From Octopus sinensis (lineage: Eukaryota), in the NCBI RefSeq assembly GCF_006345805.1, contig NC_042997.1, positions 131,688,001-131,752,000 of the forward strand: a stretch of 64,000 nt of DNA, read 5' to 3'. The notes under the pieces are model-generated. The model worked only from the letters and a program-made list of their open reading frames with translations. It was not told the origin of the DNA and made no database searches. Numbering within the stretch: position 1 is the first letter of the stretch; every line of letters starts with the position of its first letter. The translations under genes were made by a program, and so were the position numbers. Of this stretch, positions 39,052 to 52,019 are shown piece after piece.

Positions 39052-41524
39052 TAATCATTTGGTTGAATTGGATGTTTGCTTGTGTGTATAACAGCAGCAC
39101 TTTCTCAATTATATCAATGGTACTCTAATGTGGGTCACATTCACACATTATAGTTTGTTGGTCTTTTACATGAATGAATTTGTAAATGTAATTAAAAACA
39201 AATTTTTTTTTCAATTATGTCCTCCATTCAATTACATTTATTTAATATTTTTATAGTAATTAGACCATATGTTTTGACATGTGTTTTAAATTTTAAGCTG
39301 TAGCATACATAAGTAACTTATGTCTACCTTTTCTATGTTGGCATGAGTTGAACAGTTTTTCCTAGAAGTTTTAATGTTTAAGTATCCTTCCAGTCGTCTC
39401 TTATGAAATGCAGGGACATGGGGTACCTATTCTAAAACCAGGGTGCACATAGTAAAGTACACATACTCATTCATTTCTGAGATGTACTTGTTTAGCAAAG
39501 TGACTTCATCTGAAATTGTGTTGTAACTGAAACAATTGCACTGTGCAAGAGTCATGTTGGCCACTTGAAAACAATAAAATTGTTAGATTTGATTTTACTT
39601 ATTCCTTAAGAATATCATCATATTCTAGTTAGTGTCACAAAGTTTCAGTACACTTCAACAAGCTGTCACTGGTGCACTTCAACAGCATTTCATGTAGTGG
39701 AATTGTATTAGTGACCAGATTGCTGAAGTATGACATAGTTTTTTGACATTTAATAGATAATGCTATTACAATGGTAAAATATTCTATTTGTTGAGTATTA
39801 TCTAAAGATTAATAATTGAAGAAGGAACTTGAAATCTTTAAATTTCTTAATAAGGAATGCTGAGAGGTTCTCATATATCCACTTTCATAAATAGAAGGGA
39901 TGTGCTCAAGACCTATCCGTAAAACTCCCGAGACTAGCTAAAAGAATGGTAACGAAACTTGATTTATGAGTTTCCCTTAGATCAAAGAAATGGTCCATAT
40001 ACTTATAGTTGATTAGACTCTGTTAAAGGCACCATGTGACATGGTGTTGTTACTAATCCAAGTGAGAGATTAAATATACTATCCAAAGATAGGCAAATGC
40101 CTTCTGTTGAGCTTGTGTTAGCCTGAAGCTATATGAGACAATATTTTCCCAAGGTGCTCTGATTTAGGATTGAACCCATAAGCACATCGGTGCAAAATGA
40201 ACTTCTTAACCACCTGCCCATATCTTCCCCCATAAAATTAAGCTAAAACGCTTTGAGTGGAAATCAAAATTGAATTGCTGGTCTGAAGGAGAATAACAGT
40301 GATAAAGAAGTGAAGAACTGATTTTGTTCAATAATAACACTTTTGAAAGACCAGCTACCAAACAGACTTTGTACACCTATAAATACTGCATCACTAATAG
40401 CAGTTAATGGTAGAATAAGTTTTCTCGAAATACGATGCCTTCATTATAAGAAATTATTTCTGTATTTGAAAGAAAAATTCTTTTACATCTTAGGAGAATG
40501 TAAATTCATCCAAACTAAACAAAGTGTAGAATAACAAATAAAATGGTTTATTATATTAAAATCTCAGGATGGAAAAATATATTCTCCATTTGTTGATAAT
40601 TCATTGTGGCAGTGACAAGTTTATTCAACCATAAGAAGATGATGTTATGTTTGGGAGCTTCATTTTTGATCTCTTAGGTAAATACTTAAAACAGATAAAT
40701 GTTCTTGATTAGAGATGAACACAATTGTTCTACAAGACTTGTTGATAAAAGATATTTTCCAAATTGTATATATGTGTGTGTGTGTGAATCTATACAAGTG
40801 AGTATACGTAAATGTATGTTCTCTTTTACTCTTTTACTTGTATCAGTCATTTGACTGTGGCCATGCTGGAGCACCGTCTTTAGTCAACCAAATCGACCCC
40901 AGGACCTATTCGCATGAACTACAAGGGAATCTGCAGGATGTGCAAGTGTGTCTGTATGTGTGCATATACACAATAATTATGAAACATTCATGTCTCTCTG
41001 CAGTGGCATATGCATTTTGGGGTACACACAATGAAAACTGAGCTGGGATTTGATGTAGAAAAGGGATAAGTTTTGATATGCAGTGGAATGAGAAATCATG
41101 GTTGATCGTAATATGAACTCTGGTACTGTCTGTTGTTGTTCAGCAAGACAATATCTGTGTAACCAATAAAAGTAATATCTCAGCTGATAATTCATAGCTT
41201 GTCTGTTTTGACAACATTATGGTGACAACTGCTACAACAATTGCTGGTACAATTGCAGCAAGTAGTAACATTGAAACTGTGGGTGACGCCATAAGTTTGT
41301 TTATATTATATCCTGAGCACTGAGTGCTGATGGGGCTTCAAGGTTCTGCTAATACCATACAAATGGGGACCTCAGCTAATTGGTTGAGAAAATGAATAAT
41401 GTAAATTGAAGCTGGCATACTGTGGGAAGATTAGATGAAATTGAGAGTAATCTGTAGATTTAAGCTCACATTGCTGGCCACAAATACACTATGATTTGCT
41501 ACACACACACACATACAAATTTCT

Positions 41525-41530
41525 CTCTCT

Positions 41531-41572
<42 letters not shown>

Positions 41573-41580
41573 GTATATGT

Positions 41581-41614
<34 letters not shown>

Positions 41615-41653
41615 GTATATATATGTATATGTATATATATATGTATATATATG

Positions 41654-41705
<52 letters not shown>

Positions 41706-41706
41706 A
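41525..41706. repeat. (TA)n/(TATATG)n microsatellite
   Basis: Direct reading. Confidence 0.95.
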
Positions 41707-42074
41707 CGGGAAGCTTTATGAAAATAAACAAAAGACGAAGGCAGGTGGAAGACAAACGAACAATTGTATTAGTATGGCGCTCAGGAAATATAAATAAAAC
41801 AAGTCTTTAACGTTTCGAGCCTACGCTCTTCAACAGAAAGATACACAGAGAGAGAAAAACACAGAAAGAAGGAGAGAAAAAAAATGCGTGCAGTAGCTAA
41901 CGAATCAACATGGCGATCTGATTTCGGCCAGAGGTCAAAGATCAAACATGAGACGCGAGAGCGAAATAAGGGGAGATAATAGGGTTGATAAAAGGGTTGA
42001 GTGACCAGCTAAAAGTGCGTGGGAGGGGGTCTGGATGTGTGTATGTATAGGGTTGGGGTATAGTATGTATACGG

Positions 42075-42115
<41 letters not shown>

Positions 42116-42400
42116 AGAGAGTATTAGTGCGTAAGATGGTCTGGACGTGCGTATGTATGGGGTTGGTGTATGTATTAGTATGTATTAGTATGTATTAGTA
42201 CGTATTGGTATGTATAGTGTGTGTGTGTGTGTGTGTGAGAGAGTATAAGTGCGTATGCGGGGTCTGGACGTGTGTATGTATAGGGTTGGTGTAAGTATTA
42301 GTATGTACTAGTATGTATTAGTACGTATTAGTATGTATTAGTTGGTGTGTGTATTAGTATGGCACATCATATGTGATGTGATGTGTAAAGTCATGTGGTG
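41707..42400 (-). mobile_element. Penelope-type element end with hammerhead-like motif (41804-41841) and internal GT/GTATTA minisatellite; 3' end abuts (TA)n
   Basis: Reverse complement tcttt-CTGTTGA-a-gagc(gtag)gctc-GAAA-cg-TT-aaaga. Three related ggtctggaYgtg units at about 42028, 42138 and 42261. Confidence 0.65.
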
Positions 42401-42429
42401 TAGTGAGGAGAAGAGGGGGAGAGAAGGGG

Positions 42430-42607
42430 AGGGAGAAGAATATATATATGGATATATATATATATATATATGTATGTATATATATATTATATATATATGT
42501 ATGTATAATATATGTATGTTATATATATTATATATATATATATATATGTATGTATATATATATGTATGTATATATATATATATATATGTATGTATATATA
42601 TATGTAT

Positions 42608-42652
<45 letters not shown>

Positions 42653-42767
42653 TGTATGTATATATATATATATATTATATATGTATGTATATATATATAT
42701 TATATAATATATGGATGTATATATATATATATATATATGATGTATTATATATATATATAGATATATG

Positions 42768-42808
<41 letters not shown>

Positions 42809-42893
42809 ATATATATATATATATGTATGTATATATATATATATATTATGTATGTATATATATATATATGTGTATATATATATATATAGTATG

Positions 42894-42928
<35 letters not shown>

Positions 42929-43237
42929 ATAATATATATATATATATAATATTATATATGTATGTATGTATATATGTATGTATGTATATATGTATGTATG
43001 TATATATGTATGTATGTATATATATATGTATGTATATATATATGTATGTATATATATATGTATGTATATATATATATGTATGTATATATATATAGTATGT
43101 ATGTATATATGTATGTATGTATGTATATATGTATGTATGTATATATATATGTATGTATATATATATATATATGTATATATAATATATAATATATATATAT
43201 ATATGTATGTATATATATATATATATGTATATATATA

Positions 43238-43288
<51 letters not shown>

Positions 43289-43338
43289 ATATATATATAT
43301 ATATATATGTATGTATATATTATATATATATATGTATG

Positions 43339-43369
<31 letters not shown>

Positions 43370-43777
43370 ATATATATATATATATATGTATGTATATATA
43401 TTATATATAATATGTATGTATATATATATTATGTAGGTATATATATATATGTATGTATATATATATATATATATAGTATGTATGTAATATATAATATATA
43501 TTGTATGTATGTATATATATATATGTGTATATATATATATATATGTATGTATATATATATATATATGTATGTATATATATATGTATGTATATATATATAT
43601 ATATATGTATGTATATATATATATATATGTATGTATATATATATGTATGTATATATATATGTATGTATATATATATGTATGTATATATATATGTATGTAT
43701 ATATATATGTATGTATATATATATGTATGTATATATATATGTATGTATATATATATGTATGTATATATATATGTATG

Positions 43778-43817
<40 letters not shown>

Positions 43818-43957
43818 TGTATGTATATATATATGTATGTATTATTATATGTATGTATGTATATATATATGTATGTATGTATATATATATGTATGTATGT
43901 ATATATGTATGTATGTATATATATATGTATGTATGTATATATATATGTATGTATATA

Positions 43958-43996
<39 letters not shown>

Positions 43997-44146
43997 ATAT
44001 ATATATATGTATGTTATATATATATATATATGATATATATATATATATGTATGTATATATATATGTATGTATATATATATGTATGTATATATATATGATA
44101 TATATATATATATGTATGTATATATATATGTATATATATATATATA

Positions 44147-44199
<53 letters not shown>

Positions 44200-44200
44200 T
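42430..44200. repeat. ~1.8 kb (TA)n/(TATG)n microsatellite
   Basis: Direct reading. Confidence 0.97.
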
Positions 44201-47200
44201 ATAACTTAGAATAACTTAGAAAGGTTTTGGCCAGTATTGGCCCAGGCCATGTCTAACTTAATAGCACCACCTGGCGAAGTCTTTCAGTTCAGGATTTGGG
44301 CACCAAGGCCCATTCGAGCAGAGAGTTATTGTTTGCGGAGACATATCCGGTGTGGGTGGTTTTCCGGTACTGTTTGAAGGAATTTGTCCAAAGACTTCTT
44401 GAATTTTGTGTGGTCAGTTTCTTTTTGACGTGTCCTGGTGTAATGTTGAAGAGAGCGGGTCCAATTGAGGTGAAATAGTGTGCCGTATTGTCGTTATGTG
44501 ATGCGATTTAGATTTTGTTGTGGACGGATGGCACGTGGTCCAAGCCTTGGATGCATTTTGAAGGTGATGCCAACATCATTCGGACAGTGCTGATGGAATA
44601 TTTTCCACATCATACAGATAATGTAGCGTTCACGGCGTCGTTGGAGTGAATACAATTTCAGCTTCTCTAGTCTACCCCAGTAGTCAAGGTCTGACATGCC
44701 ATCTATCTTTTTTGTGATTGACCTTTGGGGAGCTTCAATTCTCATAATATTTTGTTTGTGTAGGGAGACCACAGTGGACAGCAGTATTCAAGGTGGGGTC
44801 GGGCAAAAGTGGAGAAGAGAAGGATAATAGCGTGGGAATCTCTCGACTGGAAGGTTCTGAGAATCCAGGAACACATTCTGCGGGCCATGTCAACTTTGCT
44901 GCTTATATGTGTAGCCCAGCTTATGTTGGTTGTCCACTGTTACTCCAGGTCTCTGATGTTGTTGGATGCCATGAGAATTTCTCCAGAAGGAAGAGAGTAT
45001 GGGAGTTTCAGAGCGTCCTCCCTTCCAAAGTGGATCAGTTCGAATTTGTCTTCATTTAGCAACATGTTATTCTTTTCCGCCCATTGGACAACAGCCAGTA
45101 GGTCTGACTGAAGGTTTATTCGGTCATCCACGCCATTGATGACCTTCTGGAGCTTGGAATCATCAGCGAAGGTTCTGATGTTGCTGTGTTTGATGGTGTC
45201 AGTAATATCATTTATGTAGATGATGAAGAGAAGTGGGCCCAACACAGTGCCTTGTGGGACACCACTGCTGACTTTTGGCTGGGCTGGATTTGACTCCTTC
45301 GACTACAACATGTTGGGTTCTGTTAGACAGGAAGCACTGATCCATTGCAGCAACTTTCCAGTGACACCAATATTGGACAGCTTTCTCAGAAGGATCTTAT
45401 GATCAACCCTGTCAAAGGCCTTGCTGAAATCAAGGTAGATGACATCAGTGTTGGAACCTTCTCCCAAGGCTCTCAAAATGTCATCAAAATGATGCAGTAG
45501 CTGCGTCAGGCAATCTTCCCATTACGGAATCCATGCTGGTTGGGGTTCAGCATATTATGACTCTCAAGGAAGTGAGTCATACGCGATCTCAGCACCCTCT
45601 CAAATACCTTGATGATATGAGAGGTGAGTGAGATTGGACGGTAATTCACGGCAAGCGATTTGTTTCCTTTTTTGAAAACTGGGACAACAGACTGGGACAG
45701 AAGGTCCTCTGGTATATATCCAGCATCCAGTGAGTTCCGCCACAGATTGGCTAGAGGGGGTTGCAAGTTGGTTTTGACACATCTTCAAGACACAAGCAGG
45801 GAACCTATCGGGACCTACTGCTGAATTATGCTTCATTTCCTTTATTGCTGCTAAGACATCAGGAGCGCCAAATGTTATGTCCGATAAAGTGTATTGGGGA
45901 GTAACATCACTGATACAGCCCAGATCAGTCATATCAGGATTGCTGAAAACAGAGCAATATTGTTTCTGCAATATCTCTCCCATGGTTTTGGCATTGTCTT
46001 GAAGAGTACCATTTTCATCAATCAGAGGGCCAACAGTAGAACCAGTGACTCTGTATTTTTTGCAAATGAAAAGAACACTTTGGGATTGAGTTTGATCTTC
46101 TCAATGGCCCAGGCCTCTTCAGCTCTTCGCTGACTATTGATGATAGACATCATGTGTTTTGGAGTTTATGTTTTTTAATCTCTAGCGACGAGATGGCAGT
46201 CAGGTGGTGTGTTGCTGTTGACAGTATTTCAGCATGTTGATCTTTTTGTTGATTCTTTTATTTTCCTTATGAGAGATTTTCTATTTCTAGGGATTCGACA
46301 CTTAGATTTGTTTGCAGATCTTAATGGGGTGTGTCTTGCACATATGTTCATGATGGTGTCTACAAGTGACTGCCAGGACTTTTTAATGTTAGTGGGTGTG
46401 TATGTGTGCGTGAAGGACCAATCGACTTGTGCAAGATCATTATTGATCGCTTCCCAGTTTGCATTGTGGAAATCCATAGTGTCAAATGGATGAACAGAAG
46501 ATGACATTTGTTTTGCATTTTGGCCAGTGAAATCTCAGATCACAGAGAACCATGTCATGGTCGGAGAGTAGGGTTTTCTCCACTGCAATATTGTGGATAG
46601 TATCAGTGTGATTGCTGAAAATAAGTCTAGACGTTTTTGTGACATCTCGTTGGTTCGAGTACCAGTTGGGACAAGAAGAAGTCATCCATGAAGTCAAGAA
46701 GCGATTCCACTGCCTCCCTGTCAGGGGTTGAGAGAGAAGAACCTGGCGGCAGACTGTGAAGGTTGAAGGTTGAAGTCTCCCATCATTAAAATGTTGTCAG
46801 GTTGACACTGCTGAATGAAACACTTTATGCTGTTGAGGCATTCTTGAAGCATGGTAGGGGCGTTTGGGGTGGTCTGTAGAGCCCAACTACTGTTAAGTTG
46901 TTGGTTTGACTGAATACAGCGACTGCTTCGCAGTATCCATTCGAAAATATGTTCATGGCTTCTGTTGAGAATGAATCATGGACATAAATGGCAGTCCCCA
47001 CCGTTCTTCTGCCAGCACGATCAGCACGAATGGTTTTGAAATTTTTAACTTTCACCTCGGCTTCCAAGTGGAGGTCACTAAGATGGGTTTCAGTGAGGAC
47101 GAAGAAAGGGATGTGGTTTGGATGGGCCTCGCCCAGTCCTCCAGGAATCTTATCTTCCATTTTTGTGTATTGGTGGAAGGGCTGATGCCTTGGGCATTAA

Positions 47201-48066
47201 GCAGAAATGTTGAGGCGAGAGTGGATGGTTTTAATTGTTTTGGTGATTTGTTTATTTGATTGCTTTTTAATGGCATGTGCAGTGGGTATTTGTGGTGGAT
47301 GGTGGTGGGTGATAGCTCGGATGTTTTTTTCCAGTTCTTTTGCTAGATCATTATAGCTAAAAAAGAGGAAGAAGAGGTGGTTTCCTGTCCTAGGGAACCG
47401 CAGGTGACTGTGGCCGCGGCTATTTTTATGTGAGTGGTTATCTTTAAATGTCCGACGAGTCCCCGGGAGATAGTAAAGGGGCAATCCCTGTGCAGACACA
47501 ATCTGTCTCGCTGGGAATAGCGGCAGATTTGGGGATTCCTTGTTTGAGATATTGGTGGTTGTGGTGGTGTTGTATTATGGTGGTTGCTGTTGTAGTTTGT
47601 GGGGATAGAGCGTTTTGTTTCCAGGTAAATGGGTGAATTTGCAGTCTCTATCAGTGCACAGTCTATGGCGAAGAGAATATCGGCAAATGATGGGGTTTCG
47701 AGTGGGTGTGTAGGTGCGTGTGTGTGTGTGAGTTGTGAAAGGTGTAGATGATAGTTTGTTGAAGTTTTGGCGACCTTTGTGACCTGTAGGAGGTAAATTC
47801 CTTGAGATAGCATTAGTAGTAGTAGTTGTAGTAGTAGTAGTAGGTAGAAGAGATGTTGACAGTGGTAATGATTGAGGAGGTCGATTCCAAGACAAAGATG
47901 TTTGTCGATACATAGTTGGAGTAGTACTAGTAGTAGTAAGCAGAGGAGATGGTGTTGACAATGATGATGATTGAGCTGCTGGGGCAAGGAAAGGAAGGGG
48001 TGGTGCTTCCTGCTGTGTGACCCTGATGACTTGCGGGTCAATCGTTTCGTTTAGCAAATCGGCCAT
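44201..48066 (-). mobile_element. Near full-length, frameshifted CR1-group LINE (ORF1 with CCCH fingers; ORF2 APE endonuclease + RT)
   Basis: EN motifs LTETHL, GLYRPP, MGDFN, SDH. RT motifs RPISLTS, YLDFSKAFDRVDH, GVPQGTVLGPLLFIIYIND, FADD. The 3' end is a doubled 10-mer (tctaagttat)x2. Several frameshifts and stops; (TA)-rich microsatellite on both sides. Confidence 0.9.
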
Positions 48067-48158
48067 ATATTATATATATATAATATTATATATATATATA
48101 TGTATATTTATACATATATTATATACATATTTATATACATATGTGTATATATATATAC

Positions 48159-48216
<58 letters not shown>

Positions 48217-48286
48217 ATATATATATACATATATATATTATATTTATATACATATATGTATATAGATACATATTTATATATATATA

Positions 48287-48326
<40 letters not shown>

Positions 48327-48410
48327 TATTTTATATATATATGTATATATATATACATATATAATATATTTATGTTTTATATATACATATAGTATGTGTA
48401 TATGTATGTG
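48067..48410. repeat. (TA)n-rich microsatellite at the LINE 5' end
   Basis: Direct reading. Confidence 0.95.
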
Positions 48411-49116
48411 TGCGTGGGCGATGGTGGATGTGTCTTGTTGTCTTTGTGTGGTGTGTCTTGCTCTCTGTGTTTTTACCTCCATAAATTGACTACCGCTGTT
48501 GGTTTGTTTACGTCCCCGTTAGGCAAAAGAGACCGATTGATGTCAATTCATTCGACAAAGAACTCTTCAAAGCGGTGCCCCAGCACCTTTATATATACAG
48601 CATATTCTTATATTCTTTTATTTGTTTCAATCATTTGAGTGCGATCATGCTGGAGCACCGGTTTTAGTCGAACGAATCGACCCCAGGAATTATATATGTG
48701 ACAGGCTTCTTTCAGTTTCCGTCTACTAATCCACTCAAAAAGCTTTGGGCGGGCCGAGGCTATAGAATAAGACCAAAACAAGGTGCTACGCAGTTGGACT
48801 GAACCCGGAACTGTGAGGGTGGGATGCAAGCCAGTTACCACACAGTCCTCCTGCGCCCGTATATGTATATATATATATTATATAAATATATATATATATA
48901 TATAAATTTATATTATATAGAGGGTACTGTTATTCATAGGTACCGCACGCTAGGAGGGACTCTTGCAGTCAAAACCACTAAAATAAACAAATTGTACCGA
49001 ATGCAAAACTTCAAAGAAAGTCATTTAAAAATGTGGAAAAATTTTTCTCTTACGAGTTTTTCACGCTGACTACTGATAATTTCTTGTAAAGATTTTATCC
49101 TTAATTTTAAATTTAC

Positions 49117-49206
<90 letters not shown>

Positions 49207-49329
49207 ATGTATTTATGTATGTATGTATGTATGTACGTATGCGTATATGTATATCACAAAGTGAGCAACGTTTTGAAACATAAATCGGTCACAATATATT
49301 TCAACAACGCGGAAATTTTAATCATTAAA

Positions 49330-50330
49330 TAAGTACCGTTATAATCATCCCATTTTCCCAACGAGTTTGTTTATTCCCAAGTTTGTTTATTCCAGTAAAA
49401 TAAAAATCTGGAGTCTTGGAGCTGATGAACACTTTAAACGCACTTTCAGCATCGGTTTGATTTATGAACTCCTTCTCTCGCAGAAACCATCAAGTTTCTT
49501 GAAAAGATGGTAACCGGTAGAAGAAAGGTCTGGGAAATAACCTGGGTGAGAATGAACTTTATAGTCAAGTTCCTTCAAATTCTGGACCGTCATTAGTGAA
49601 ATGCGTGGTCGAGCTATGTCATGAGGAATGATTGGCCCTCATCTGTTGACCAGTCTGGGACGAAGGAGCAGCACTTCGTCGTTTATTCTCGCAATAATTT
49701 CGTGACCATATGTTTCTGTAGTAATGGTTTTTCCGGGTTTTTAAAACGTTATAGTGGATGAGTCCAGCAGTACACCACCAAACAATCACTATAACCTTCT
49801 TTTTAAAGAGCTCATGCTTAGCGAAGGTTTCCGGTGCTTCATTTTGGTCCAACCACTGCGAAGGACGTGTTTTATTATTGTACAGAATCCACTTTTCATC
49901 CCAAGTTACAATACAGTCGAGAAATCGATCGGTCTTTTTACAGAAAATCTGCGCATTTTCTAAGTTTCATTCAAATCGTGTGGTACCCATTTGTCGACCT
50001 TTTTGATTTTCCGATCGCATGCAAATGATTGCAAGCCGTTTACTGGCTAACTTGAAGATTTTTTTTTCCTGTTCTCGAGTGGTTTTACGTGGGTCTTTCT
50101 CAATGAAGGTCTGTAATTGACCGTTATCGATGACAGATAGGCGCCCATTACGCTCACGATTTTCAAGACAAGGGTTTCCACTGTAAACATTTTCGAGCTG
50201 ACCACTCACTGGTCATTTCCTCACCAAACGTTTCGTTGATATTGCGAGCAGCTTCAACTGTTTTACGTCCTTTTTGTGAAGTTGAATAGCAAAATTGCTT
50301 GACAGTTCCATTTCTGATTATTGTAACAAC
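49330..50330 (-). mobile_element. Degenerate mariner (DD34D) transposase relic
   Basis: HTH-region LENRERNGRLSVIDN...DPRKTTRE, WVPHDL, FLDCIVTWDEKWILYNN, KKKVIVIVWW, and C-terminal FISSKTPDFYFTGINKL. Multiple frameshifts; TIRs not identified. Confidence 0.85.
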
Positions 50331-50477
50331 GGTGAAAAAAATACCAATCTTAATTTATCGAAGCATTTGAGCAGGTCTATGCCTGTATAATCAGAAAATT
50401 GCAAACAAATGTTTTAAAAAATGCAAAACTGCAAAAAGCCGGTACAAATTCTTCATGGTTCTGATGTGTGTGTCTGT

Positions 50478-50722
50478 GTGGAGGTGCGTGGCTTAGTGGT
50501 TAGGATGTCAGCATCATGATCGTAAGATTGTGGTTTCAATTCCTAGACCGGATGACGCGTTGTGTTCTTGAGCAAAACACTTCATTTCACGTTGCTCCAG
50601 TCCACTCAGCTGGCAAAAATGAAAACGCTGCGATGGACTGGCGTCCCGTCCAGCTGGGGAACACATACGCCATAGAAACCAGGAAACCGGACACATGATC
50701 CTGGCTAGGCTTTAAAAGGGCG
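50478..50722 (+). mobile_element. SINE family D-related, third 3' module (gatggactggcgtcccgtccag); a minus-strand copy lies at about 15262-15497
   Basis: Same head and core, distinct tail. Confidence 0.85.
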
Positions 50723-50732
50723 CTTTTATTTA

Positions 50733-50772
<40 letters not shown>

Positions 50773-50783
50773 TATAATTATAA

Positions 50784-50825
<42 letters not shown>

Positions 50826-50834
50826 TATAATATA

Positions 50835-51095
50835 TATGGCAAATTTTAGCCATTTCTCCGCAGACTGAATAAAACACCGATGGGCAACCTTAATAAATTT
50901 TCGGACCTTATTGGGTTCTCATCAGAGGCGTTCACATCACTTTGATAATCCCCAGAGAAACAAGCAGCCAAAGTGTCTATGTACTCAACAAATGCAGCAG
51001 CTACCCTATGAAGGAGGTCCTAATTTGCATATCAAAAATGTTTAGCACTCTATAAATACCAGCGGTCTTAGTCCACACAATATCAAGTGATGTCA
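50835..51095 (-). mobile_element. Penelope-type terminal fragment with hammerhead motif at 50887-50929
   Basis: Reverse complement gcct-CTGATGA-gaacc(caataa)ggtcc-GAAA-a(ttta)t-TA-aggt; a ~50 nt tail then (TA)n. Confidence 0.6.
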
Positions 51096-51107
51096 TAATA
51101 TATACAT

Positions 51108-51146
<39 letters not shown>

Positions 51147-51147
51147 T

Positions 51148-51241
<94 letters not shown>

Positions 51242-51250
51242 GGATAGATA
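51108..51250. repeat. (AGAT)n microsatellite
   Basis: Direct reading. Confidence 0.95.
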
Positions 51251-52019
51251 TTCGTATATATATATATATGGACATGACAACAAATATGGAGGCAACAAAT
51301 AATATGGCTGAAATAAAATCTTGACATCTTTTTATAACGGAAACAATGTTATTAAATTGTCAGATTTTATTTTATGTTATTTTACGTTTACCATAACACT
51401 TAGTTAAAAATTATGAAATATTCACAGTAAATTATGAATCAAAATCTTATTTATTTCCACTGGCCCATAAATCGTGCAATGACAATAACTTTCGCAGTTC
51501 GTATTTCACAATTTACATATATTATTTGTGTTTTTCTTTTTTGTTTCGTCAGCACATTATACTTTTGCGCCATATTTATTACTCTTTCGTTTTATTTGTT
51601 TTTATTTGTGAATGTTTTTCTAATCGCCATTTTCTGTTTGTAATTGTTTTATATTTTACCCAATAGATCAACACTAACTTTATAATACTATGACAAGCAA
51701 TCAAATTACTGATTCTCGTTAAAACGTTTTATTATGATTCAATGTAATTTAAAATGATAATTATGTATATGCATGTCCATTGAAATTCGGATTAGCAATC
51801 GCAACTTTCTGCATCGAATATTCATTTTCTCTTTTAGCATCTGCAAATGTGGATACGATTACGCGTAAACAGACACGCACGCACACACACACAGACACAC
51901 ACACACACAAACACGCACACACATATAGATAAATAGATACATAAATACATACATACATACATATGTGTATGCGTGTGTACGTATATATCTATGCATATAT
52001 GTGTGTATGAATTGATATA

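Noticed and set aside
40343-40534. ORF containing LIAVNG as the missing GRIP PDZ1 exon
   Set aside because: It lacks the preceding GD motif and the following HDE-type helix, and has no suitable phase-2 acceptor.
41489-44214. Long ORFs up to 272 aa rich in Y/I/M/C/V
   Set aside because: These are translations of TA/TATG microsatellites. The same applies at 48100-48489, 51001-51327, 54629-55100, 58712-58990 and 61444-61888.
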